64,000 nucleotides of DNA from Cyanophora paradoxa CCMP329 (GCA_004431415.1 QPMI01000429.1:138054-202053); one strand, 5' to 3'; positions 34,675-45,433 are shown, numbered from the stretch's first letter. The notes: a model not told the origin generated them from the sequence alone. Program-made: numbers and translations.

Positions 34675-35601
34675 TCAGTAGAAATTCATTTCCGGCGGTG
34701 CGTCGTAGGTTTCGATTTCAAAAGTGAAATAATGCGCCCAAACCCCGAAATCTAAGAGAGCGCCGTCATGGTCGATGAGCTTAATCGTGAGGCGGTCGAA
34801 AGATTTTAATTCGCGGAACTCGCGAACGAGAGGCACAGTAGTGGACGTGTCAAAGTGGTAGATATCACCGTGTTCGAGTTCCTGTGGGATTGGAATGCGC
34901 ATGAAATAACCGTCGACGTGCTTGTTGACTGAGCGAATAAACGGCGCGAATTCGTCAATATATAGCCAGATCATTGCAGCCGGGGTCTCATCTCCACGAG
35001 TATAGCCGCGAATGCGTCGATTGAGTGTCACAGTTCCCGTCCCAGGATTAAACACAAGGAATGTATCGCTTGCAAGAGGGGTAAATGTCTCGTAAACATA
35101 TAGTTGAATATCTTTGAAACCGAATATTGCGAGTTTCTTAGCGATTGCTTTGCGGTTACTGGATTTTCTGAGTGTTTCAGGGGAAGCTTTGGAGAACTTG
35201 AACCAAAAGTTACTATCACTGAAAAACTCATAGATCTTTGAAGTAGTATTATAGCGGCATTTAATATATTTTCCACCGAAATCTGAAAGGCGAGCTGCTT
35301 CGAGTCTTTCTGTGACTTTTGCGGCAAGGTCGTCTTTGGTGTAAAATCCTTTGGGGATTGTGATGGTCACGAATCCAGAATCCGAAGCTGTGACCGAGAA
35401 ATAGAGTTCCATGCGCTCGATGGTTGCACCAGTGGCGTCTATATCGTTTGTCACGGTCGAAAGAACATTGGGAACCGTTGCCTGCACCAGGCGCACCGAT
35501 TTTACGTTGTCATAGCGACGGGGTAATGTCACTACATACTTGTTTGGCTCTATGAACTCCTCGTCGCGATCATCGCTCGAAAAGCTCAGGTATTCTTTCA
35601 T
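34675..35601 (-). CDS. Minor capsid (penton-like) protein 1
   Basis: YLSFSSDDRD..PNKYVVTLPRRYDNVKSVRL...VPN, ITIPKGFYT..DL, LYIDEF, and LTIKLID.DG.LLDF...HYFTFEI at the C-terminus. Confidence 0.78.
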   Translation of the reverse strand: MKEYLSFSSDDRDEEFIEPNKYVVTLPRRYDNVKSVRLVQATVPNVLSTVTNDIDATGATIERMELYFSVTASDSGFVTITIPKGFYTKDDLAAKVTERLEAARLSDFGGKYIKCRYNTTSKIYEFFSDSNFWFKFSKASPETLRKSSNRKAIAKKLAIFGFKDIQLYVYETFTPLASDTFLVFNPGTGTVTLNRRIRGYTRGDETPAAMIWLYIDEFAPFIRSVNKHVDGYFMRIPIPQELEHGDIYHFDTSTTVPLVREFRELKSFDRLTIKLIDHDGALLDFGVWAHYFTFEIETYDAPPEMNFY

Positions 35602-35617
35602 CTTACTATAATAGATT

Positions 35618-36463
35618 ATGAAAAGAATAACAATAAATTGCGACAGTAGAGACCTTGAAAATGGCGTGCTGCACTTGAAAACGCGCCTTAATAATGTACG
35701 ACGATTTCGTGTGCTATCAGCTGAGATTTCTAATAGCTCTTATGTTGTTCCGCCCGATCAGACAATAACTATAACGCTTCTGAACGAAGAGCCCACAGTA
35801 ATCCCCGCATCCAAAATGATAGCACCGATTCCCAGCGTAAACGACTATTATTACGTCGATGCTGATAACGAACGATATCCGAAAGAGAGAGCTTTAAACA
35901 GGGATGCTTTACTCGGTTTTTCAGGCGGTTCTTTTAATCCACTCGGTCTCTTCCCGGTTTCCTATTCTCTCGCTCTGTCTACCAACCGCTTCGTGTTCTC
36001 ATCTCCAAATAGCCCTTTTACATTAGAGAGCTCAGACCAGGAGTTCTGTGATTGTCTCGGCATAGAACCCGGAGTGGTTTACGCCAGCACAACAGAACCA
36101 GTGACGGTTCCACTCAGAGATTACCCCAGTCGCTATGCATTTACGTGCCCGAAAATGGTCGACTTTAATGCGATTCCATATATTTACCTTGATATCGAAG
36201 AGCTCCGCCCGTTTACCAAATTCGCAGCGGTTACAGGTAGACAGAACAATGTCGACGACTCCTATCTATTGCGAATTCAGATGAATTCGGACTTTGGTAG
36301 ATATTCCTTTTACCACGAACCGAGCGCAAGCATCCCTTTCGTAAATGTCACATCGCAACTCGATTTAGATCGTCTCACAATTTCGCTTCGAAAATGGCGG
36401 GGCTCTGTTGCGGATATAAACGGTCTCTCATACTCGTTCCAGCTCGAAGTGATCACGGATTAA
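35618..36463 (+). CDS. Minor capsid (penton-like) protein 2, paralogue
   Basis: Same motif skeleton as its divergent neighbour: ITINCDSRD..L.NVRRFRVLSAEI.N, YIYLDIEEL, LDRLTISLR..G...DING..YSFQLEV. Confidence 0.75.
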   Translation: MKRITINCDSRDLENGVLHLKTRLNNVRRFRVLSAEISNSSYVVPPDQTITITLLNEEPTVIPASKMIAPIPSVNDYYYVDADNERYPKERALNRDALLGFSGGSFNPLGLFPVSYSLALSTNRFVFSSPNSPFTLESSDQEFCDCLGIEPGVVYASTTEPVTVPLRDYPSRYAFTCPKMVDFNAIPYIYLDIEELRPFTKFAAVTGRQNNVDDSYLLRIQMNSDFGRYSFYHEPSASIPFVNVTSQLDLDRLTISLRKWRGSVADINGLSYSFQLEVITD

Positions 36464-36469
36464 GCGCTG

Positions 36470-37963
36470 TCACACATAGTAGCCCTCGAAATCAATTCGG
36501 CATGCCGAAGCAATATTCGTCGTGAGCACCCAGATTACGAGGGTTCTCACAGATCTCGGGTTCGCTAAGAAATGTTCGTCGGGCTCCGCACTTCCGGCTA
36601 TTTGATTTGCATTGGTAAACACTCTCGTCGCGCCGGCTTCTGTGTATGTAACAAGCGCAGAAACTCCGGGAGTGAGCTGGTAATCGATCTCAAACGTTTT
36701 AATATAGTTGCCATTCGCAGCCGGCTTCATTTTTATTGAGGAAAGCATGAACAGACGCGGAAAATCGATGCGTAAATAATTGCCTCCCGACCTACTACCT
36801 TGCGGCGGGTTGGTAAATCCCACCCACCCCGTAGCATTCGACCAGCGGGCATTGGAGGCTGTCCCGAATTCCGCAATAAAAGCGCTATTATCGAGCGGCA
36901 CCCAGTTGGACTCCGGGGGTGCGCTTACATCTGTGCACCCGGACAGATTAATTATGGGAACGTCGCCCTCTGATAAATTCATTGTCAGCACTGAATACAT
37001 CGCATTAAAATACGTTTGCTGTGCGGAAACAAACGCGAGCGCTTCCGTTTCCAAATATTGCAGGTGACTGGTCGTGATCGTATCGAGGGTCATTTTGTCT
37101 TTCGGTAAAGGCACGCTCAGCTTATAGTAGCGATCGTAATTCTGATCATCGTTTCTGGGTAAAAGTTCCAGCAGCTTTACGTGGGCGTTTAGATCGCTCG
37201 ACTCTAAGAACATGCTGAGAATTGGCGATCCTGTGGCGCTTAGCATCCATTGCACGATCCCCCAATTTTTCATAGTGTCATACGAATATCCAGATGTCGC
37301 CTTATCAGAGTCTTGGACGTGACCCGCCGTAATCGAGACCACTATAAGCTCCTCCTCGCAAGAGTTTCCGAATAAAGTGCGGGCGAATGTGTAGCCGCAA
37401 ACCCCGGGCGAATTATTTCCACTCATGCAACCATCAATTAAACAGTATGTTCTTCCGGCGACTGTGACTTGTTTCGGCTCGAAATAGGTCGGAGCAGCCG
37501 AGGTAGCCCTTGCAGCATCGCGCACAAGCATCCCATTAATGTCTTCATCGTTGCTTGAAATAAAAACGGGGGACATTAAGATCGTGTCAAATGCAGTCAC
37601 GATGGTTGGTTTATAGAGATCCGCCATGGTCGCTGAGCCGCAGAGTTCCAGAGCCACAGCTTCTAAGTTAGTTGCTTCGTACTTTGGGCGCTGTACAATC
37701 GATGTAAGCACTCGTGGATTCGCGAAAATCAGCGGTAGCTTCGCTTTGTAGAGCGCCAGAATATCAGTAGCAGTATATTTAGGGGCGCCATCGGTTCCCT
37801 TGATATTCAATAGGAGCGCGATTAATCCACCTGTGGATGTTCCCGCAAAGCAGTCGAATAGCTGTTGGATTCGTTTACCTGTTTGTGCTTCAATCTGTGC
37901 CAGTATAGCAGCCTCGATTATTCCGCGCGACCCCCCTCCACTCAGACATAAAACGGTCTTCAT
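36470..37963 (-). CDS. Patatin-like phospholipase fused to a C-terminal F5/8 type C (discoidin)-like domain
   Basis: Oxyanion motif LSGGGSRG, nucleophile GTSTG, ATSAAPTYF and catalytic DG(C). C-terminal YLRIDF......I......YIKTFEIDY...F.N...P...R.L.I.....CRIDFEG. Confidence 0.88.
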   Translation of the reverse strand: MKTVLCLSGGGSRGIIEAAILAQIEAQTGKRIQQLFDCFAGTSTGGLIALLLNIKGTDGAPKYTATDILALYKAKLPLIFANPRVLTSIVQRPKYEATNLEAVALELCGSATMADLYKPTIVTAFDTILMSPVFISSNDEDINGMLVRDAARATSAAPTYFEPKQVTVAGRTYCLIDGCMSGNNSPGVCGYTFARTLFGNSCEEELIVVSITAGHVQDSDKATSGYSYDTMKNWGIVQWMLSATGSPILSMFLESSDLNAHVKLLELLPRNDDQNYDRYYKLSVPLPKDKMTLDTITTSHLQYLETEALAFVSAQQTYFNAMYSVLTMNLSEGDVPIINLSGCTDVSAPPESNWVPLDNSAFIAEFGTASNARWSNATGWVGFTNPPQGSRSGGNYLRIDFPRLFMLSSIKMKPAANGNYIKTFEIDYQLTPGVSALVTYTEAGATRVFTNANQIAGSAEPDEHFLANPRSVRTLVIWVLTTNIASACRIDFEGYYV

Positions 37964-38005
37964 TATCTTATATACTTCTTATATATCTTCTTTGTTATAA
38001 AGAGG

Positions 38006-41000
38006 ATGTCGTTCCTGAATCCGAGACCCGATGCACGAGTAATTAATTCGACCACGCAGATAGAGGACACTGACCAGGTAAACACCGAAATTCGTGGTCT
38101 ATCAGAATAAATTACAATGCAGACCGCGAAGATCCAGTCAGTGGAACACCGAGCAGACCCGCAGCTTTGCAGTTAATGAACGTCGAGAAAGGGGATCATA
38201 AACTTGGAATCGACTTTTTACTTGATGATAACGAGCGAAACAGAGCTGCCAGCATCCAGGCGACTCGTCAGTTACCGAAAACGGTGCGATATAATCGCAG
38301 GAACATCCCGAAAGCATTCGATAGAGGTCGCTTAAACTTCTTCATTCAAGATGAGAGCGGTTTCCAAAATGCAGCTATGAGAATCGTGGATAATAGCACA
38401 CTTATAGCGGGAGTATCCACACGGAAAACAAAGGTAGAGGTCGTCCATGATCTCTCAGCAGGTAATCTAACGACGAGTAATATTACAGCAAGTAACATAT
38501 CTACAAATACTCTTAACGTAAACTCGCTTAACTCCGAGTCGTTTTTCGCCACCAATGTCGCAACCTGTAACCTAAACATCGAATCCTTTGTGATTCAGAA
38601 GAGCGAATCGGTTCCCCAGATAACAGAGGGTGTTTTCACATTAGACCCCGCGAAACCGACCTTAGAAATTGTCGAAAATGGGAACGTTGTGGATATAATT
38701 GGCGCCAATGCTCCGAATGTGAGATCCTTAGCACTTGATAAAACGACTATATCATTTGCAGAGGAGATTCCGGCTTTTACCACAGAGAAACAGGCACTGA
38801 GAACAGATCATGTTTACATTACCAGAGACAATATAAACGATCTTTTAGGCAAGGACATCGTAAAGGCGTTTTTGGAGTTCGAGAGGAGCAAGAACACCAA
38901 AGATTCCAGCCAGGATGGAACCCTCACGACCCACACTACTGAAATCGCGGCTTTGCAATCCGAAATTAATGCTCTGTTTGCAGCAGATGGAGCGCTTGCA
39001 ATTACCTTAGCCCATATTCTATCGAAAAGGAACATTTACCCCGCGACTGATAACACATACCGGGTTGGTTTATCGAATCTGAGATGGTCAGAGGTGCATG
39101 GAGTTTCCATGTTTGCCTCCAATTTAATCCTTCCATTTAATCACTCACTCCGACCCAATCAGATTCTCACCAGTGATAATGCACTGATCAGCTACACTGA
39201 CTTTAATAGTAACCTTTCCCGCTCGGTTTCGCGGACTGAGACCTACACTGTCGAGGGATACCCTCAGCAGATTGCAAATGGGGTCTTTGTCGCTTATGTA
39301 GGCAAACCTACATATACATTCACTTGGGATCAGTTGGGTGTCACAGGTTTCGAGACGACTATACCCACTGTTTCATTGGTGGATCACACTACTTATTATA
39401 ATCCTATCACTAACAATAATGAATCGAATAAAGCATTTATTCAAAATGTCACCTCCACAGGGTTTCAGGTTTCGTTTGTCATTAACGAGACATACAATTT
39501 ACTTATCATCCGAAACAACTTATTGACTTCCGAAGCTACTATAAGTTTCACTCTTACCATCAATTATATCACCCCTGAATTCGATAGCGAACCCAGAGTA
39601 AAGGTTTACCGAGATTTACAAGGTAGCAATATCGTGCCCTTCTCACAGAATTTCGATCTTGGTGCGAATTCTTTAAGGTGGAACACAGTTTATTCTTTGA
39701 GTGCAAACACCTGTAATATTGTAGTCGCAGGTTCATCGGCTACTATTGGAGATCTGACCGCGCCTTTTAGAAAGGAGTATCTTAAAGAGCTGTATATAAC
39801 AAAGTCTGATTTACCAGATGCTATTTCGTTGGTGCTCTCCCCACTCCCAGCATATCCTACCACAATGTGAAAGACACAAGTAATGTAGTGCAGAGAGGAA
39901 GTAAAGTATTCCAGGCATCCGAGATAGGATCGGTCTCATATAGATATCTTGCAGGGGTTCCAGCGAGTTTTAATTTCACATTTGAGTCTCCATTTGTCTC
40001 TCCTCCTACCATTGAAATTACAGACCCGAGTCTGTATGTGGTCAATGATGGCTCATCTACCTCTCTTCAAAATGCACCAGCTGGCTACTCCCCGTTTGTT
40101 GCAACTAACATAACAACCACCGGCTTTACGCTCGTGGGAAATGCAACAGTGACATATGCTTTATCAGGGTATCCTATTGGGTTGTATTTTGCGAAATTTA
40201 ATCTCTCTGTTATCCCAGCAGTTTCCCTTTCTCCTCCCTTCACTGTGAGTTGGAAGGCAACAGGAACTATTCCGCGATTTGACCCCGAAGACCGATTAAA
40301 AATAAGGTATCCTCTCGATGTTACCGACATTCATACTACGAGGATCAATGGGCAGAACTTCGTATTTAATGGAACCAATGCTACTCTGATCGATAATCGA
40401 GTTACAAATAATTACTTTTTCGATTCTCGATACATTAATACTTGCAACATTGTCATACATAAAACGTTTGAGGATCGCAGTAAGACCTTAACAGTCACCT
40501 TGCCCACTCATTCGAATGTCTCAGATGGATTTTACTATTATCTGTTAAATCGCTATTACACCTCTTATATTCCATATCCTTCTGAGACTGTCAGCATGAG
40601 CTATCCAAAGTCACCCTAACATCGACCAATGCTGACTTCTTTGGATCCACAGACTTCATGAGAGACTTCTTTTATTTTACATCCTCCACAGATGGTCTCT
40701 TAGTTTATTACTCTTACAAATATGAGTCTATTGCTACCCAAATCGAAAGCCACCCAAACACTGATGTGATCACAGCAGGCGATAAGAAATATATAAAAAC
40801 CGCTTCCCCATGGGTTTGCACTGTCCGGCTCGATGACAGATACACTCCTAACCTAAATAACATTGGATTGCACTCGACATGCAATATTTATGTGCAAGGT
40901 GCGATTTCGGCTTCGAAGTACTTTGAGGGTGGGAATTGTGATACAGGACATAGGTTGCTATCGCGAAATGGACTCTTTGAGTCATTCAGTGGGACGGCTC

Positions 41001-41716
41001 TACCGCCCTTTATCAGGGACACAGTCTATGATACCACATGCAATATTTGGGTGTGTCGATCTGTGAGCAATCCACCTGTGACACAGGAATTATACAAGTA
41101 TCTCGCAGATACCTATGGTGCAATCTCAGGATCCTCCACAGGAAATCCAGCGACGGCTCCAATCGTGTTTGCGAATGCATACACAGCGCCAACCTCATTA
41201 GCAGGGTCGACGGAACCGCCCCCAGATTCAGATCCTAACTTGCCTCCTGATGAGTCAGACCCACAGACCCCACCTACCACTGATCCTACAACACCTAATA
41301 ATCCCACAAATCCTACTAATCCAGTCGGAGCACCCGGATCTGATCCAGGAAATTTAGTGCTTATCATTCTCTTGCCGATTCTCGGTGCTCTTGGGCTTGT
41401 GCTTGCATACAAATTCCGAGCTCTATGTTGTGCTTGCATAGACAGAACCATTGCAGGAGCAGGTAATAAATACTCAACACCAGAGCTTAATGTGACCCAA
41501 ACAGCCGAAGGAGATGTGGGGTTAGAGGTGAGGTCAGCCGAGGGGCATGGTCTTAGTGTTGTGAGAACTGATCAACCACCAGCAAGTAGGGCAGCACCCA
41601 AAAAATCACGAGCAGAACGAATGGCTGAATCAATAATGAATGAAAATGCAGACTTTATGGCGGAAATTGCACAACGAGAAGGGAGAATATATGAACATGT
41701 TCCAAATGTTATGTAA
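38006..41716 (+). CDS. Large fibre/spike-like protein with a C-terminal Pro/Thr stalk and transmembrane helix (probably one gene broken by frameshifts)
   Basis: ORFs 38167-39870, 39867-40619 and 40658-41716 join by 1-nt shifts; an upstream ATG at 38006 would need one more. Contains tail-fibre-type motifs NIYPATDNTYRVGLSNLRWSEV and NIVPFSQNFDLGANSLRWNTVY, five TCN(I/L) motifs, a PT/NP-rich stalk and LVLIILLPILGALGLVLAYKFRALCCAC. Confidence 0.62.
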
Positions 41717-41754
41717 CAACCTTAATTTTTGTAGTATGCCATAATAGAGAAATA

Positions 41755-43218
41755 ATGACGGAGCCCATAGTAGAAACGACAATAAAGAATGCTGTCTTGG
41801 ATAATCAATTTTATATAACCCATGCCAATATACCCAGTGAATCCAATGACCTGATAGTAGATCTAAAAGGGTATGTGATGGGAGCTATGGCTTCCAACCT
41901 GTGGAATGACATTTTTGGTTACGAGTTTGGTCACATATATGACATAGCAAATGGGATTGGTTATGTGGATGCAATGGCAGGAACAGCCTTTCGAAATCTA
42001 AATTGCAACTGTGTGGGTGGGTGGATGTTTCAGATCTGTTCAAATGTCGATCCTACTATTGATCCCGCCACGATAACCTTTGATTGCAATCTGTTTGCCC
42101 CCAAAACCATTTTCTCCATCACTTGCAATCTCGTTAATTCGGATGTGCCCATAGTAGCACCTGTAATAGGTGCATCAAATATGTATATCCAAAGAAATCC
42201 GGTCGTGCATACAGGCGCCGAATTTATATTAGGCGACAACACCCCAATTAGTCGACTCGAATTGCCCACGAATTTCACCTTTAATCTCGTGGATGAGTTC
42301 CCTAACAGTCAAAGTCTCATGTATTTCACCTCTGAAAATCGCCTTTCGGGTGCATTCTCGCCCATCGAGCTCTCTATACCGAAGCAAAAGGTGAGCTATA
42401 AAGAGCTTACAGATGTGCCGGCGGGTTTTAGTGGGAAGTGGAGTGATATCATTCAGAAGCCGACTTGGAGTAGTGTAGCATACACAGGAAATTACTATGA
42501 TTTAGTAGGAACTCCCGATTTCACAAGCTATATACCTCGTTGGATCGATCAAGGTGTAATTATATCAGAATCTACACTCCCTTTCAATGGGACATGGGAT
42601 AGGTTATTTACTAAGCCGAATTTGCATGCTGTTGCCACAAGTGGTGATTACAACGATTTAACTAACACCCCTATTGCACCGACCTTGCATGCTGTGGCTA
42701 CAAGTGGGAGCTATACAGATTTAGTTAATACACCAAACTTGCATGCTGTGGCTACAAGCGGGAACTATGACGATTTAATTAACACACCCACTTCGCCACC
42801 TACTCACAATCACAGCATCGAGTTGCTCACGAATTTCGGTAGTTATGTGAATCCAAATGCATATGTGCAACAAGGGACAATGGATGTAGTAATTCCTGCC
42901 GGAGTCTATTACAAAGGGGATTTTACCACAGTATCGGGAACCGTTACATTCTCAACCCCATTTTTTAGTGATCCTGTAATTACTGCTACTCTCGAAAACA
43001 GTATTATTTTAACAAGTGTCGATTTCACCAATAGCATATATCTCTCTGCTGAATATCAGTTCGGAAATCGCATTGGTTCAAAAATAAATTCACTTGGATT
43101 GCGATATTCACTTGTTACTCGGACATCAATTATAACAGTGTGATCCAAAGCAATCGCACTCTTAAACTCCATTGGATTGCTGTCGGACCTCTCCAAAACA
43201 ATAATATTCTCACTTAAT
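41755..43218 (+). CDS. Fibre protein with LHAVATSGxYxDLxNTP repeats and a gp53/H-lectin-like C-terminal domain (one late frameshift)
   Basis: Three LHAVATSG(D/S/N)YxDLxNTP units plus degenerate copies; QQGT..VTFSTPF..DPVITAT, and LHWIAVG in a shifted frame just before the stop. Confidence 0.68.
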
Positions 43219-43238
43219 AAGTAAAGAACAATCAAAAG

Positions 43239-44233
43239 ATGTCGACTGTATTCACGCCTGTGTTTTCTTTGAGTGCAAGTGCTGTCCATAATGTCCAACA
43301 CACAGTCTATGATTTATCTCCGAGCCACCCTTCGACTGAGACAGCGAAAACCGATTCTTTAATGACCAAAGCATACTCAGAGTCAAAGAACTCAGAGCTG
43401 ACAAGATTGATGGACTCGTTAAAGCTACTCAAATGATCGTATCGAATCGACCCGCAATCTCTTCGGGGCTGGTCACCAAAGAAAATCTATATGAAGGTCA
43501 ACAGGATTCCAAAACGGCTTTTAATCCGGCTGATAGGAATTCGGCGGCTTTCCAAGTTTACAGTGGTGGGGCATGGATTGGGACTGGCTTGGGTGTGAAT
43601 GGTAATGCGACAATTACTGGAAGCCTTACAGCTGGATCTTTTGGGACAGTTAAAACGACCACTATTGATTCAGGGGGAAATACAGATTTGGTGATCAAAA
43701 GGAATAATGAGAATATCGCTTCTACATTTGCAAACAGCCACACAAATTCAACAGGTGGGGCGGTTGCTGGAACTTACAACTGGAAAGGTCTTACAATTAA
43801 TGGGACAAACTCTTATCTTGCTACTCCTAACCATCCACGGTTTTGTGTTGGAATTTCCACAACCCTATCAACTACCTCAGGAATATATTTAACCTCGTAT
43901 GGAGAGGTATGGTTAAACAATGGAAATCACATTGATACTTCGAATGGTGTTTTCACAGCTCCTGTATCTGGTCACTACAAGTTCATTTTCACAGGTGCGA
44001 CAAAAGAAGATAATTTACTTTCTCTTGTTCATCTACGAATAAATAATGCAACTCCTAATGGTAAATTTTGTATTGCTGTCGTATCGGCATTAAATGTGGT
44101 CTCTCTTAGACCCATCTGTTTGAACGTCTCAGTAGCAATGTCTGCTGGTGATACAGCCAGGCTTTATATTGTTTACGGAGGACTTACTGCTTCGAATTGT
44201 CAATGGAGTGGTGAATTAATTTCTGCAACATAA
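43239..44233 (+). CDS. Fibre-head protein with a C-terminal C1q-like domain (ORFs 43239-43436 and 43433-44233 probably joined)
   Basis: PRF.V, V.LNNGNHIDTSNGVFTAPVSGHYKF, L.IN, VAMSAGDT..L and terminal WSGELI match the gC1q signature. Confidence 0.75.
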
Positions 44234-44242
44234 AGTAAAAGA

Positions 44243-44506
44243 ATGTCGAACATCTACCAAGTGGTTTTAACTGATACTGAAAAACTCGGAATGGAATACT
44301 GTGCCTACTCTGTTCAGGATTGGATCGATAATGTTGTTCATAATAGGGCGAGAATTGCGATTGATGAGATTGTGGACAAAGAAGTTAAATCGTGTATTGC
44401 CGCTGGAATTCCGATTCCACTCACAAAGGAAGCGATTGTAGAGCAAGCGTTTAATCGGGGGACTGTTCAGAAGGCAAGCGAAATTAATGTGAGTGCTCCT
44501 ATGTAA
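44243..44506 (+). CDS. Small phage-like protein downstream of the C1q gene (putative fibre chaperone)
   Basis: LTDTE...MEY.A.SVQDWIDN...NRARIAIDEI..AF..G.V, a pattern I recall from small genes that follow C1q tail-fibre genes in aquatic phages; not verified. Confidence 0.55.
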   Translation: MSNIYQVVLTDTEKLGMEYCAYSVQDWIDNVVHNRARIAIDEIVDKEVKSCIAAGIPIPLTKEAIVEQAFNRGTVQKASEINVSAPM

Positions 44507-44561
44507 AGAAAGAATGAGAGAGGGGTTTATTGTTATTTTTCATAGATCATGCATAAGAAAG

Positions 44562-45423
44562 GCATGTATCTTGCATAGTGGGCGGGGCGCGAGTGGTTCC
44601 AGTGCATTAAATGGAACATTTCGATTGAATTCGCGAGTTTGTGCAGGTGGGCATTTTCGGCATGCTTGCTCATGCACAAACTTGCTTTAAAAAGAATAGA
44701 TAAAGTGCAATTCGGTTTTAACTCTTACGAGTTTTACTATAACATTCTCGGCATTGATAGTAGAGACCATCCTTTGTGCTTTGTTTTTATTATACTCGCT
44801 TGCAGGCTTTTCAATCTTGCAGTGCGAGCATACCTTCGATTGTACTTCGATCTTCGGACGCGTTTTTAACACGAAATGATAAAGGTAATTGTGATACTCT
44901 CGATCACAGTCTTTGCATCTCCACGACAATGTTTTATTCCCTGAGCTACTCTTTTTCAATTCATAACTTGATGCCGGTTTTACCTTGTCACAAACATTGC
45001 ATTGCTTACTCTCAGGTAGATTTACTTGATTGCTTGCCATTGTTACAGTATATTAACGGGAAGTCTTTAAGTGGGGATCACTTGTTTAATTGGTGGGGCT
45101 CACCTTGATTTTTCAATTTGGCTAACTGAAAACAGTCCGGAAACGATCGGGAACATTTCATTAAAATAGGGGTCTTACTGTCCTTACTGAGAGATCGGGG
45201 GAAAGTTAAAGGGCTTACTGGGAATGGTAAGGAATTAGAAAAATGAAGAATGAAAGGTTTCGTGATTGGTTTCAGTAAGGAGAGGTTAGATGTTTGAAAA
45301 ATACAGTGCTAATTTATAATTTGTTACTGAGCCTTACTGAGAAATTTGAAAATGGATAATGGGCTTACTGAGAATGGTAGTGGGGAAGGTCGCGCAATTG
45401 GTGGGGTTGGCCACCCAACGAGC
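44562..45423 (-). repeat. Right terminal inverted repeat, including a second zinc-ribbon ORF (44687-45040) with a 1-bp frameshift
   Basis: Reverse complement of 21212-22075. Confidence 0.95.
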
Positions 45424-45433
45424 CGGATCGATG

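Larger units (their letters stand above)
21212..45423. mobile_element. Complete endogenous Polinton-like virus (rve-integrase type), ~24.2 kb
   Basis: ~860-bp TIRs, 6-bp TSD CGGATC (21206-21211 and 45424-45429), clear GC drop relative to the host genes, and compact intronless genes for integrase, packaging ATPase, major and minor capsid proteins and a replicase/helicase. Confidence 0.95.

Noticed and set aside
21212-45423. Bacterial prophage or contaminant, given the Dam-like, SpeD-like and tail-fibre genes
   Set aside because: No terminase, portal or HK97-type capsid; A32 ATPase, jelly-roll-type capsids, rve integrase, TIRs and a TSD in eukaryotic DNA fit a PLV.
21212-45423. Canonical Maverick/Polinton or Lavidaviridae virophage
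   Set aside because: No cysteine maturation protease and no stand-alone pPolB seen; the 437-aa capsid is shorter than typical virophage MCPs. Phylogeny is needed for final placement.
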